Shown: positions 49,681 through 62,214 of the stretch, one piece after another
Layout of the letters: each line of letters opens with the position of its first letter
How positions within the stretch are numbered: position 1 is the first letter of the stretch
Source: Chiloscyllium plagiosum
Lineage: Eukaryota
DNA length: 64,000 bases
Direction of reading: 5' to 3'
NCBI RefSeq assembly: GCF_004010195.1
Contig: NC_057749.1
Location: 23,894,892-23,958,891, forward strand
The notes under the pieces: model-generated
Databases searched by the model: none
Seen by the model: the letters and a program-made list of their open reading frames with translations, nothing else
Told to the model about the DNA's origin: nothing
Translations under genes and position numbers: made by a program

Positions 49681-50179
49681 TCCCAGCCCCAGCCTATTAA
49701 GCCTCTCCCTGTAGCTCAAGCCCTCCAGCCCTGGCTAATTTGGGGTTTCCCAACTGGGGGCCGCGACATGAGATTTTTGGGGCGCAGGATCTTCAACGGG
49801 AAGCTATGGCTGAAATCAAACTCAGACTGTGTGCTCACAAAATCCTCAAACGCCTCGTGCTTTCTCTCACAGTTGGGCTGTTGCAGCAGATGAACTTCAG
49901 ACAATCTTCACCACACTGAACTTCCCCTTCCCTCTCCCTCTCCCAAGCCAGGGGCTGATGGTTAGCATTCACTCCTCCCTGCTGTGACTCCATTTTACCC
50001 CTCCTAGAGTTTGTGGCACCCTACGGTTTGGGACAAGTTTGAGCTGCTGAGTGAGCAGGACAGGGGGTATTTTAGCTCCTCAATGGGCAAGGGTCCACAG
50101 TTTAGCTTGAATAACACATCCCTGCACTCCCACAACAATCACGGACATTAACACCCTCCTCCCCCACGTTTTCCCCAGG

Positions 50180-50532
50180 AGTTTATAAAATCATGAGGAT
50201 AGGATAAATAGACAAGGTATTTTCCCTGGGGGGGTGGGGAGTCCAGAACTAGAGGACATGGGTTTAGGGTGAGAGGGGAAAGACATGCAAGAGACCTAAA
50301 GGTCAACATTTTCACACACAGGGTGGTACGTGTATGGAATGAGCTGCCAGAGGAAGTGGTGGAGGCTGGTACAATTACAGCATTTAAAAGGCATTTGGAT
50401 GGGTAAATGAATAGGAAGGATATAGAGGGATATGGACCAGGTGCTGGCAAATGGGACTATAATGGTATCTGGTCGGCATGGACGAGTTGGACCGAAGGGT
50501 CTGTTTTCATGCTGCACATCTCTATGACTCTA
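50180..50532 (+). mobile_element. CR1/HER1-like LINE 3' fragment
   Basis: Matches the common tail. Confidence 0.85.
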
Positions 50533-52762
50533 GAATGTTCCGGAAAGGAGGAGAATGTGTTCAGGAATCAATTGAGAAGAAACTTAATATGGTGCAAGAG
50601 TCTGTTAATGGAAATTGTTGGATTAAGTGTCACAATATGGGCACATGGCCATAAGATAGCGGAGCAGAAATTAGGCCATTCGGCCCATCGAGTCTGCTCT
50701 GTCATTCGATCATGGCTTTGTCAACCCCATTGTCCCACTCCCTCCCCGTAACTTTTGATCTCCTTGGCAGTCAAGATTTTATCTATCTCTGTCTTAAATA
50801 TACTCAGTGACCTGACCTCCACAGCCTCTGTGGCAATGAATTCCACAGATTGACCACTCTCTGGCTAAAGATGTTTGGCAGTCACAAACCCTGATGAACA
50901 AGGCAACAGATAGACGCCATGTTAGCATGATGGTGACTGACGCTATTAGGAAGTGATGTCATAGCTGCTGACCGACTGTAATGGAGAACGAGGGACCAGA
51001 GTGGGGTGGAAATTAGTTACAAACATGCAGTAAGGTGTTGACTCCATCTCCAAATGAACAATCCGTTGATCAGCGAGTGAAGTCTGTCTTTTACATTGAT
51101 GTAGAGGTTTGCCCTTTGACCCAGAGTAACTTCAAGGGGAAGGATCAAATCCCAGAATGCATAGCTGCATGTTGCCAAGGAAGTAGGATTGGTGGGCTGT
51201 AGCTGAATCGGGTTACGTAGCTCCCAAGCTGCAAGGAATGATTGGCTGCTTGGGTTAAGGGCTTGGAATCCTAGGCATGGGAGGAATTTGACTGACAAAT
51301 GAAGCAAACCTATTTCAGAAACCCCACCTGTCAAAGAAAGCAGGAATGCTGTTAGTGAGTTCAATGCCTTCTCATTTCACTCTATCAGACATCTCACTAT
51401 GAAGGTTAGTGCCTGTGTTGGCAATTTATGTTGTCTTGTTAATCCCGTGATTAATGTTTGTTAAAGTTTTTCTTTCAGGTTGAGAAACAGGTGTTGGCTA
51501 TAAAATGACAAGCAGCAATACTGGCGATGGAGGCTAGTGAAAGGAGCTGTAAGACTTAGGAGTCAATAAACTCCACCCACACAGGAAGGTGTCTTGGCTT
51601 CCTGCCTCACTGGCTTCCTTGGATGCAGGTTGACAATTTAGGTCGTTGACTGTGTGGCCATTTATCAAGACCATCGAAAAACATAGAAAATAGGTGCAGG
51701 TGTAGGCTATTCGGCCCTTCAAGCCATGACTGACCTGCAACGTAATTCCAAATACCACTGTGCAGCAGTTGTTTGTTTCTGGGCTAGTATCTAGAGGCTA
51801 AAACTGATGATCTAGAGACGTGATTTCAAATCCCAGCATGCAGCTGATGTCAATTTAAATCTGAAATAAGCTTACATACCATCACGTGTTTCAAACTCTT
51901 TAAATTTCTGTTCTAATTGGATTTATTTTCATCTTCATTTCTTTTGAGTAATGAATTTCTGTTTTATTGTTAGACTCGAATCTGCAGTATTGTGTGTTTG
52001 TATTTCAGTGAGGCACGAATTCTATAAAATGAAAAGAAAGTGCAGTCAAGCCAGATTTCAATCTGAGATCTGATTTGCCCTACAATGACATCAATGGGAA
52101 TCAGACAAATGCTATAGTGAAGAATTAGATGGGTTAGCTGGCCTCCGCCTTGTCTGTATGGTGCACGGCTAGAAATTGAACTGGCCTGTAGCATAAGCTG
52201 TGATGTTAGCCTGTCATTCATTCTTGGTGAAAGCTTATTAAGGGTTGGGGAGACTTCCTACTTGGATATTGAACTGGTTCATGTACTTCCTTGAGTTTGG
52301 TGAACATGATTTAGGTCCTATCAATACGTTATAGGACAATGTTTTCTTTAATTTGTTCGTGGGACATGGGGAGTGCTGACAAGGAGAGCATTTAGTACCC
52401 ATTCATAATTGCCTTTGAACTGAGCGGCTTGTTAGGTCTATTCAGAGGGCAGTTTCGAGTTGCCTACATTGCCATGGGTCTGGAGTCATGTGTAGACCAG
52501 ACCAGGTCAGGACGATAGGTTTCCTTCCCGAAAGGACATTTGCGAACCAGATGGGTTTTTACAGCAAGTGAGCGTGATCACCATTTGGTTAACCTTTTAT
52601 TCCAAATTTTCAACGGATTCAAACTTCTCAACCTGTCCTGGTGGGATTTGAACCTCAGGATATGGGCCTGGGATTCGAGGACTGCTCGCCCGCTGACACA
52701 CCTCTACCCAATCACTTCCCTGGGGTTTTGTGATTGAACTTGTCTTGTGCTCTCCTGCCTAG

Positions 52763-52892
52763 GACATCCTGGAGTATAAGAAAAAGCAGAGGCCGCAGAA
52801 AGTGAGGATGCTGGACGGAGCAGTGAAGACTGTCATGATTGATGATTCCAAGACTGTTGGTGAACTACTCGTCCCTATTTGCAGTCGAATAG
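52763..52892 (+). CDS. TLN2: Talin-2 coding exon 3, DILEYKKKQRPQKVRMLDGAVKTVMIDDSKTVGELLVPICSRI(G)
   Basis: Acceptor ctcctgcctag, donor gtttgt; 130 nt, in frame. F0/F1 junction of talin. Confidence 0.96.
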
Positions 52893-52982
52893 GTTTGTAA
52901 TTCTCCCTGTCATTTTGACCAGTTTAAACAGGCTCAGAAGGTGGCCTAGCTGTGGAATTCTCTACCGCAGAAGGTTCCGGAG

Positions 52983-53790
52983 GCTGAGTCGTAGAGCAGG
53001 GAAACAGACCCTGCCCTCCATCTCGTCCATGCTGAACAAGTTTTCCAAACTAAACTCGTCCCACTTGCCTGCGTTTGGCCCGTCTCTAAATATATTTAAG
53101 AAAGAATTCGATTTTTAGAAGCTAAAAGGTGCCAAGGTGTATGGGGGAAACGTGAGAGTATGGCGTTAGAGAGTGGGCCAACCATGATCAAGGTGGTGGA
53201 ATGGGCACAGTAAAGTGGGCTCTGACTGGATTGTAATTTCATTTTACTTGTTTCATGAGCTGACTGAGAAATTACATGAACAGAGTCCTCGTTTTTGACC
53301 CAGTGCTTTTGAGTCATAGAGTTATACAGCAGAGAAACAGGCCCTTCGGTCCAACCAGTCCAGGCCGACCATGTTCCGAAACTAAACTGCCTGTGCTTGG
53401 CTCATATCCCTGAAAATCTTTCCTATTCATCTACTTAGCCAAATGTCTTTTACACTTTGTAACTGTACCTGCATCCACCACTTCCTCTGCAAGTTCATTG
53501 CACACATGAACCACTCTCTGTGTAAAATAGATCCCCCATGTCCTTTTTAAAACTTTCTCCTCTCATCTTAAAATTATGCCCCCTCTCACCTTAGGGAAAA
53601 TATCTTTGCTATTCTCCTTATCATACTCCTCATGATTTTAAAAACCTGTATAAGGTCATCCCTCAACCTCCTATGCTCCAAAGAAAAAAAGTCCCAACCT
53701 CTCCTTATTTCTCAAACCCTCCATTCCAGGCGACATCCTGGTAAACCTTTTCTGAACTCTCTCCAGTTTAGTGAAATCCTCCCTAGAACA
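52983..53790 (-). mobile_element. CR1/HER1-like tails (52983-53090 and 53311-53790)
   Basis: Reverse complements of the CR1 tail. Confidence 0.75.
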
Positions 53791-54094
53791 GGCATTGAAC
53801 ACACGATGTCTCAGGCTGTCAGTCGCAGTTCGATAATGTGAGGGTTGGTAAAACGAATGGAAAGCAGAGGCTGGGAACCGGTCTGAACCAGAACCGACTG
53901 GAAAGAGCCAGAAGTGGGTGTGGGGAGTGAGGGAAGGGTGCTCAATGTTTCAGGTTGGAAAATCCAAGAAGCCTTCCCTCTACCTGATTTTGTGCTTCGT
54001 CTCCACTGACACTAAGTGATTGCTGTCATTATCCTTTTGTTGGGCGTACGAATCCTTTTCAGACAATTCTTTCACTCAGCCAGCTCACTGAAGA

Positions 54095-54394
54095 GTCTAG
54101 ATTAGAGTGGTGCATCTATTCCTGATGAAGGGCTTTTGACTGAAACGTTGATTTTCCTGCTCCTTGGATGCTGCCTGAACTGTTGTGCTTTTCCAGCACC
54201 ACTCTAATCTAGACTCTAAATCGATGTTTCGGGAAAAAGCCCTTCATCAGGAATAGAGCATCTATTCCTGATGAAGGGCTTTTGACTGAAACGTTGATTT
54301 TCCTGCTCCTCGGATGCTGCCTGAACTGTTGTGCTTTTCCAGCACCACTCTAATCTAGACTCTGGTTTCCAGCATCTGCAGTCCTTGTTTTTAC
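54095..54394. mobile_element. Rearranged family-A Penelope terminal repeat (direct and inverted copies) with 15-bp TSD
   Basis: ccagYtcactgaaga at 54080-54094 and 54395-54409; a ~110-bp unit occurs twice in direct orientation, plus an inverted piece. Confidence 0.85.
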
Positions 54395-54754
54395 CCAGTT
54401 CACTGAAGAATCCAGTCTCTGGAAAGTTCCCTCTCCCCAATGATCATCTCCCCTTGGTCATTTTGTAACCAGCCTGATTTTAACACCAGCGTTAGGCCGT
54501 TCAGATTTAAACAAGAAAGCTCGACATTTATTCAACAACTTTCACATCGTCGGGGTTTCCCAAAGCACCTCAGAACCAACAAAATACTTGAGGAGTCACT
54601 GCTGTTATGTGGGAAAGTTTGGCAATTGATTTGGATACAGCAAGTTCCCACATACAGCAGCGTTAGAATGACCAAATGATCTGTTTGAAGTCTTCGTTGA
54701 GGGATAAGTATTGAAACAGGAAAATAGAAAGAATAGCTTTCTCCAGATTCTATT

Positions 54755-55290
54755 GTGCCCACTTTTGGTCAACTTCCTTGAGAAAGGATGTACTGGCACT
54801 GGAGAGGGTGCAGAGGAGGTTCACGAGATTGATTCCGGAGTTGAGAGTGTTGGCTTCTGAGGAGATATTGAGTAGACTGAGATTTATACTCATTGGAGTA
54901 TAGAAGAATGAGGGGGATCTTATGGAAGCAGATAAAACTATGAAGAGAATAGATAAGATAGAAGCAGGGAGGCTGTTCCCTCGCGGTGAAACTAGAACTA
55001 GGGGGCATAGCCTCAAAATAAGAGGGAGCAGATTTAGGACTGAGTTGAGGAAGAACTTCTTCACCCAAAAAGTTGAGGAATTCCCTGCCCAGCGAAGCAG
55101 TTGAGGCCACCCTGTTGCATGTTTTTAAGGCAAGGATAGGTAGATTTTTGAACAGTAAAGGAATTGTGGGTTATGGTGAGCGGGTGGGTCAGTGGAGCTG
55201 AGTCCACAAAAAGAGCAGCCATGATCTTACTGAATGGTGAAGCAGGCTCAAACGGCCAGACGGCCTACTCCAACTCCGAGTTATTATGTT
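54755..55290 (+). mobile_element. CR1 LINE 3' fragment (second subfamily)
   Basis: LRKDVLALERVQRRFTRLIP...RTRGHSLKI...KNFFTQ motifs. Confidence 0.85.
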
Positions 55291-55769
55291 CACTCCACCA
55301 ACACAATAATGGCTGATCCACTATCTTAATGTCATACTCCCATGCTTTCCCCACATCCCTTGACAACTTTAGCTTTCAGAAATCTATCTAATTCTTTCCT
55401 AAACATATTGAGTGACTTGACCTCCACAGCCTTCTGTGGTAGAGAATGCCACAGGTTGACCACCCTCTGAATGTCTCCTCATCTCAGTCTGGAGCAGCCC
55501 ATTGCATATCCTGACGCCAAGAGCCTTTGTTCCAGATCCAAGGTCAGGGAAACATCCTCCCTGCATCCCGTTGGTCCAGCGCTATCAGAATTTGATACAT
55601 TTTGGTGAGGTCCTGCCCTCCTCCTCCTAGTGAGTGCATGCCCAATCATCCCAACCTCTCCTCATCCAACAAAACTGCCCTGCCAGTAACCAGTCCAACA
55701 AACTTTCGCTCCCTCTAGGAAAGCATACACTTGTTTAGGTAAGCTGAATTTTAATAAGACGAACAAGGC

Positions 55770-56510
55770 AGGACTTAGACCGTTAATGGTAGGGCCCTGG
55801 GGAGTGTTGTCAAACAGAGAGTCCTAATGGTTCCAGTACATAGTTCCTTAAAAGTGGCACCACAGATAGGTAATGGTAGTAAAGAAAGTGTTTGGCACAC
55901 TTGCCTTCATTGCTCAGACCATTGGATTTTGGAATTGGGGCATCATGTTGCATTCGTACAAGACGTTGGTGAGGCCACTTTTGGAGTACTGCGTACAGTT
56001 TTGGTTGCCTTGTCAGAGGAAGGATATTATTAAATTGGAAGGGGTGCAGAAAAGATTGACTGGGACTAGAGGGTTTGAGTTACAAGGAGAGGTTGGATAA
56101 ACTGGGACTTCTTTCACCGGAGCATAGGAGGTTGAGGGGTGACCTTACAGAGGCTAATAAAATCTGAGGGGGTATAGATAAGCTAAATAGCAGAGGTCTT
56201 TTCCCCTAGGGTAGGGGAGTCTAAAACTAGAGGGCAGAGGTTTAAGGTGAGAGGAGAAAGATGTAAAAGGGCCTCGATGGGCAACGTTTTCATACAGAGG
56301 ATGGTTTATATGTGGAATGAACTGCCAGAGGCAGTGGCAGATGTAGGTACAATTATAACATTTATAAGACATTTGGAGATGTACGTGGATAGGAAAGTCT
56401 GAGAGGGATATGGGCCAAATGCAGGCAAATGGAACTAGTTTAGTTTGGGAGACTTGGTCAGTATGGACGGGTTGGACCGAAGGTCTGTTTCCGTACCCTG
56501 TGCCTCTATG
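55770..56510 (+). mobile_element. CR1/HER1-like LINE 3' fragment
   Basis: YKTLVRPLLEYCVQFW motif and tail. Confidence 0.85.
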
Positions 56511-56874
56511 TCTTTCTTATCAAAACTGCACAGAATATTCCAGGTGATTAGCTAGAACTCTGAGGGGAGCGCCCCTGCTATTCATCGAAATATTGAGATC
56601 TTTGACCCCCCCCACCCCTCCCCGGCCACCTTAGCGGGTGAATGAGGCCTCAGAATAAGGCCTCATCTGATACCCCAACAGTGCAGTGCTCCCTTGGTAC
56701 TGGAGAGGGAATTGAGCCCACAACATTCTGACTGCAAGATGAGCAAGTTACCCACTGTGTGCCACAAGTGGTCACCCCTGGCACTTGACGTTGAAGTCTT
56801 TGGACACTCCCTCCACCGTCCGACGATCTTCGCCCGTCCCCAGTAAACCCTGGTCATATTCCTCTAATTTGCAG

Positions 56875-57027
56875 GCATCACGAATTATGAAGAGTACTCC
56901 TTGATTCAAGACATCATTGAGGAGAAAAAGGAAGATGGAACAGCAACGCTGAAGAAAGACAGAACACTACACCGGGATGAGAAGAAGATGGAGAAATTAA
57001 AAGCAAAGCTTCACACTGATGATGATC
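56875..57027 (+). CDS. TLN2: Talin-2 coding exon 4 (F1 loop), (G)ITNYEEYSLIQDIIEEKKEDGTATLKKDRTLHRDEKKMEKLKAKLHTDDD(L)
   Basis: Acceptor aatttgcag, donor gtaagg; 153 nt. Partly visible in ORF 56901..57086. Confidence 0.96.
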
Positions 57028-57502
57028 GTAAGGCCCGTGTTCGTTTAGAATGGAAGATGGGTTCTTCAAACGTTCTGGGTCATTGATGGCACCTGGAATC
57101 AATTTGAAGTATCATTGAAAATGCAATAACTTAGGGAATAGTCTTAAAGAAAAATACTTACTCAGCTGCCAAAATTCCTTTAGGATTTAAAAATCTTTGG
57201 GTTATATTTTCGGCAGCTATTGAGTAATTGGGACTCTCCCAATTCCACTACCTGGGGTGAAGATCAAATTGGTAAAGTCAAACAGTGTGCCTCACAAAAT
57301 TGGACAGCTCTTTCACAGGGCTGACATATGCCGAGCGGGCAGAAGGGTGGAGAGGTTCTGTGATCACCTTCTTGTGAAGTTTCAGACCTGGTTGAAGGCA
57401 GTGCACAGGGAGGGGGGGAGCTATGATCCTTAATGGGTTGGACCCAATAGAGGGGGAGCGACGAGTGAGGATGGTGTTGGCTGATGTTTGTGTCTCCGAC
57501 AG

Positions 57503-57645
57503 TGAATTGGTTGGATCACAGTCGGACCTTCCGAGAGCAGGGCGTCGACGAAAACGAAACACTGCTGCTAAGACGCAAGTTCTTCTACTCTGACCAGAAT
57601 GTCGATTCCCGAGACCCAGTACAGCTGAATTTGCTGTATGTCCAG
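57503..57645 (+). CDS. TLN2: Talin-2 coding exon 5, (L)NWLDHSRTFREQGVDENETLLLRRKFFYSDQNVDSRDPVQLNLLYVQ
   Basis: Acceptor tctccgacag, donor gtacag; 143 nt. Talin F1/F2 signature. Confidence 0.97.
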
Positions 57646-58269
57646 GTACAGGGTCCCTTTCACTGGTTGCTTCACTGCCTGGGGAGACATGGGGTTGAGC
57701 CTTATTAGAGAAACTTATGAATCCGACGATTCTTGAAAGTGGGTTTGCAGCCTTGGTGCCGAATTACAATTGTGGCCATCTTACAGGCATAAAACAGGCA
57801 CTTAAGCACCTCCCAGCAGGGTCTTCTGCCAGTTCAGGCTTCAGCCAGTATCTCGGCTTCTCCCTCTGGACTCTCCCCGGAGAATTAGAATTCCCATTTC
57901 CCCACTAGTAAAAGAAAACTAGTCGCTGTGGGAAAATGTTTTTTCTCGCATCGCCCTTTCTTCATTTGCATGTCACTTTAAATGTACATCCCTCTCGTTC
58001 TTGTTCCTTTTTTGAGCGAGAACAGCTTCACCCTCTCTACTCTATCCAGCCTGCTCATCATTTTGAACGCCTCTGGCAGGAATCCTCCCAGCCACCTTCT
58101 CTCCAAGGAGAACAGTCCCAACTTCTTCAATCAATCAGCATCAGTAAAGTTTCTCATCCCCGGATTTATTCTTGTAACTCCTGTCTGCCTGCTGTCCAAT
58201 GCATTCACATCTTTCCTATAATTGTCACGCCCACAACTGTGCATAATACTCGAGCTGACACGGTCACTC

Positions 58270-58605
58270 CCACTATCACTCTCTCTCCAACTCTTTCACT
58301 CTCAATCTTTCCCTCTCTAACTCTCACTGATACCCTTTCTGTCTCAAGGTCACTTGCTCGCTCTCATTTGCACTTATTCTCATTGTCAGTCACTCACGTT
58401 ATTTCTTTCTCACTTTTTCTCTCTTTATCCCTCTCTCACCCTCTTCCTCTCTCACCCTCTTCCTCTCTCACCCTCTTCCTCTCTCACCCTCTTCCTCTCT
58501 CACTGTCTTCGGCTCTCACATCCTCTCCCACTCTGTCTCTCTCTGAATGTGTTTTTATTTTTTTCTCAGTAAAGTTGGTGTGTGTGCGTGTTGTGTGTGT
58601 GTGTT
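58270..58605. repeat. Pyrimidine-rich low-complexity tract with an 18-bp repeat (ctcttcctctctcaccct x4) and (TG)n before exon 6
   Basis: Directly visible. Confidence 0.85.
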
Positions 58606-58640
58606 GTTTTATATTTCACTGGCTCTCTGCTGTTTCAAAG

Positions 58641-58768
58641 GCTCGAGATGATATTCTGAATGGATCCCACCCAGTCTCCTTCGAGAAAGCCTGTGAATTC
58701 GGGGGCATTCAGGCTCAGATCCAGTTTGGACCCTACTTGGAACACAAGCACAAACCTGGATTTCTTGA
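58641..58768 (+). CDS. TLN2: Talin-2 coding exon 6, ARDDILNGSHPVSFEKACEFGGIQAQIQFGPYLEHKHKPGFL(D)
   Basis: Acceptor tgtttcaaag, donor gtgagt; 128 nt. F2 subdomain. Confidence 0.97.
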
Positions 58769-58894
58769 GTGAGTTTCCGTGTTTTGAGAAGATGCTGTGT
58801 GTCAGGGGGACATGGTCTGTTGGGGCCTGCAGGGCAGTGGGGGAGGCAGAGTCAGCCAGCAACCTCGAACTCATGGGGCAGGGATAGTTTTCAC

Positions 58895-59352
58895 ATGACG
58901 TGCGTGTTGCTGGCTGGGCCCAGCATTTATTGCCCGTCCCAAGTTGCCCCACCAGAAGGTGGGAGCGAGCTGGTCTTCTTGAACCGCTGCAGTCCATGTG
59001 CTGTAGGTAGACCCACAATGCCCTTAGGGAGGGAATTCCAGGACTTTGACCCAGTGAAGGAACGGTGATATATTTCCAAGTCAGGATGGACAGTGGCTTG
59101 GAGGGGAATTTGCAGGGAGGTGGTATTCTCAGGTATCCTTTTACATGGAAATAGTCATGGGTTTGGAAGGTGCTGTCTGAGGATCGTGGGTGAATTTCTG
59201 CAGTGTACCTTGGAGGTGGTACACACTGCTGCTACTGAGCGTCAGTGGTGGAGGGAGTGGATGCTTGTGGACATGGTGCCAATCAGGTGGGGGCTGCTTT
59301 TTCCTGGGTGGTTTCAAGCTTCTTAAATATTGCTGGAGCTGCCCCCATTCAG
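58895..59352 (-). mobile_element. LINE 3' fragment sharing its tail with the second SINE family
   Basis: Begins with cagcatttattgccc..., the reverse complement of the SINE 3' end, and continues into non-SINE repetitive sequence. LINE clade not determined. Confidence 0.55.
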
Positions 59353-59474
59353 GATGTGACAGGGATGCATTTCTGACCTGGTCTATGTGTGACTGATGAT
59401 GACTTTAACTCTCTCTTTCTCTGTGTGTGTGTGTGTCTCTCTCTCTCTCTCTCTCTCTCTCATCTTGTTCTCAG

Positions 59475-59538
59475 TCTGAAGGAGTTCCTGCCGAAGGAGT
59501 ACATTAAGCAGAGGAATGCAGAGAAGAAGATCTTCCAG
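59475..59538 (+). CDS. TLN2: Talin-2 coding exon 7, (D)LKEFLPKEYIKQRNAEKKIFQ
   Basis: Acceptor ttgttctcag after a (CT)n tract, donor gtatag; 64 nt. The KQRxAEK spacing is the talin-2 type, one residue longer than talin-1. Confidence 0.95.
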
Positions 59539-60179
59539 GTATAGCAGCAGTTTCATTCTGAACTTCCCCAGCATGGTGTAGAGCACCTCTCCGACCAACC
59601 CTTTTTCATACAGCAGTAGAGTGAAAGAATATTAGATGTGAAGCCAGGCGGGGAAGGATGGTAGTGGTACCAATCTTTACGCAGTTCTTCCATTTATTTA
59701 TAAACTACAAGCACACACCTCTGAATCCAACCCCCCTCCCCCCAGCAGTTTCAGTTGTGGGTTGTGGGAACCTTCTGTCTTGTAGGCTAATAATTAGTGC
59801 CATTGAGCCAGCTCCATGCTCCGACACTCCTGGTATGGCACAGAAGGTGCCTTGGGAAGGCAGTGGCCTGGGGAAAAGGGGCCAGGATTCACTGGCCTCT
59901 GTTTGCTGTGGGCCCTCTTCTCAACAGCATTTTGTTTCCCATTCGCTTCCTGCGAAACCCTTTCAGACAGTCAGCCTCCAGGGCTTAGGACCATCAGTCA
60001 CGGCCTCTCGATTGTCAGAGTCAGGGTCCACCATAGAGTTGTACAGTATGGAACCAGACCCTTTGGTCCAATTAGTCCATGCTGACCAGGTTCCCCAAAC
60101 TAAATTAGTCCCATTTACCTGCATTTGGCCCATAACCCTCTAAACCTTTCCTGTTCATGTACCTGTCAAATGTCTTTTA

Positions 60180-62045
60180 AACCTGATCTGGTTCGTTGCC
60201 AAGCACCAAACCACTTTGGTGAGGAGCAAGGGGACGGCCAGAGTGAGGGTAGGGCCGATCCAGGTATAGTGGAGGGAACTTGTGTCTGGAGTCGGAGGAG
60301 GTAGTATTTGCTTCAGTATTCACTACTGAGAGGGACCTTGTCGTTTGTGGATGTGGTGCCAATCAACCAGGAGCTGCTTTGTCCTGGATGGTGTCAAGCT
60401 TCCTAAACGTTGGAGCTGTCCCCATTCAGGGTGTGACAGGGAGGCAGGCTGATACACTCAAACAGATTGATGTTAAAAAGGAGGATGTGCTGGAAATTTT
60501 GAAAAACATAAGGATAAATAAGTCCTCTGTGCAGGTCAGGATGTATCCAAGATTACTACGTGAAGTGAGGGAAGAGATTGCTGCACTTTTGGTGATGATC
60601 TTTGTATCCTCACTGTACACTGGAGCAGTACCGGATAATTGGAGGGTGGCAAATGTCATTCCCTTGTTCAAGAATGGGAATAAAGATAACCCTGGGAATT
60701 ACAGACCAGTCAGTCGTATGTCGGTGGCAAACAAATTATTGGAGAGGATTCTGAGAGACAGGATTTAAGATTATTTGGAAAAGCATAGTTTGATTAGAGA
60801 TAGTCAGCATGGCTTTGTCAGGGGCAGGTCATGCCTCACAAGCTTTATTGAATTCTTTGAAGATGTGACAAAACACATTGATGAAGGAAGAGCAGTGGAT
60901 GTGGTGCATATGGATTTTAGCAAGGCATTTGATAAGGTTCCCCATGATAGGCTCATTCAGAAAATCAGGAAGCATGGGATACAGGGAAATTTGGCTGTCT
61001 GGATACAGAATTGGCTGGCCCATGAAAGGTGGTAATAGATGGAAAGTATTCAGCCTGGAGCTTGGTGACCCCAGTGGTGTCCCGCAGGAATCTGTTCTGG
61101 GACCTCTGGTGTTTGTGTTGTTTATGAATGACTTGGATGAGGAAGTGGAAGGGTGGGTTAGTAAGTTTGCCAAATGACAAGAAGGTTGATGGAGTTGTGG
61201 ATAGTGTGGAAGGCTGTTGTAGGTTACAGCAGGACATTGACAAGATGCAGAGCTGGGCTGGTAAGTGGCAGATGGCGTTCAACCTGAAAAATTGTGAAGT
61301 AATTCATTTTGGAAGGTTGAATTTGATTGCAGATTACAGGGTCCAACGCAGGAATTTTGGCAGTGTGGGAAGAAGAGGGATCTTGGGGTCCACGTCCATA
61401 GATCCCTCAAAATTGCCACCCAAGTTGATAGGGTTGTTAAGAAGGCGTATTTTGTGTTAGCTTTCATTAGCAGGGGGATTGAGTTTAAGAGCCGCAAGGT
61501 TATCCTGCAGCTCTATAAAGTCCCAGTTAGACCACACTTGGAATATCGTGTGCAGTTCTGGTCGCCTCATTATAGGAAGGATTTGGAAGCTTTAGAGAGG
61601 GGTGCAGAGGAGATTTACCAGGAGTCTGAAATGGAGGGCATGTCTTTGGAAGAAAGATTGAGGAAGCTAGGACTTTTCTCATTGGAGTGAAGAAGGATGA
61701 GATGTGACTTGATAGTTGTACAAGATGATGAGAGGCATAAATAGAGTGGGTAGCGAGAGACATTTTCCCAGGGTGGAAATGGCTATCATGAGGGGATTAA
61801 TTATAAGGTGATTGGAGGAAGTTTTAGGAGAGATGTCAGAGGTAGGTTCTCTACACAGAGAGTGGTGGGTGTGTGGAATGATCTGCCAGCGGTGGGAGTA
61901 GAGTCAGTTATGTTAGGCACATTTAAGCGACTCTTAGGAACATGGATGATAGTCAAATGTTGGGTATGTAGGTTAGTTTGATCTTAGAGTAGGATAGAAG
62001 TAACGCATAACATTGTGGGCCGAAGGTCTTGTACTGTTCTATGTA
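60180..62045 (+). mobile_element. Decayed CR1 LINE: reverse transcriptase region to 3' tail
   Basis: VPDNWRVANVIPLFK...NYRPVS, QHGFVRGRSCLT, DFSKAFDKVPH, GVPQESVLGP..F..FMNDL motifs, broken by frameshifts and stops. Confidence 0.92.
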
Positions 62046-62214
62046 TTGTAACTGTACCTGCATCCACCACTTCCTCTGGCAGTCTGTTCCGTATACACTC
62101 AGATCTTCTTTGCTTGCTTGCATGATGTTCTTGTAACAGAGGTGTGGACTCCAGCAGATCATGGCCCACTGGCCCTATCCCCGAACTCACCCAACCTGCT
62201 CATCCCTGGACTGT

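Noticed and set aside
60180..62045. Possible active reverse transcriptase gene
   Set aside because: Multiple stops and frameshifts, an internal insertion and 5' truncation.
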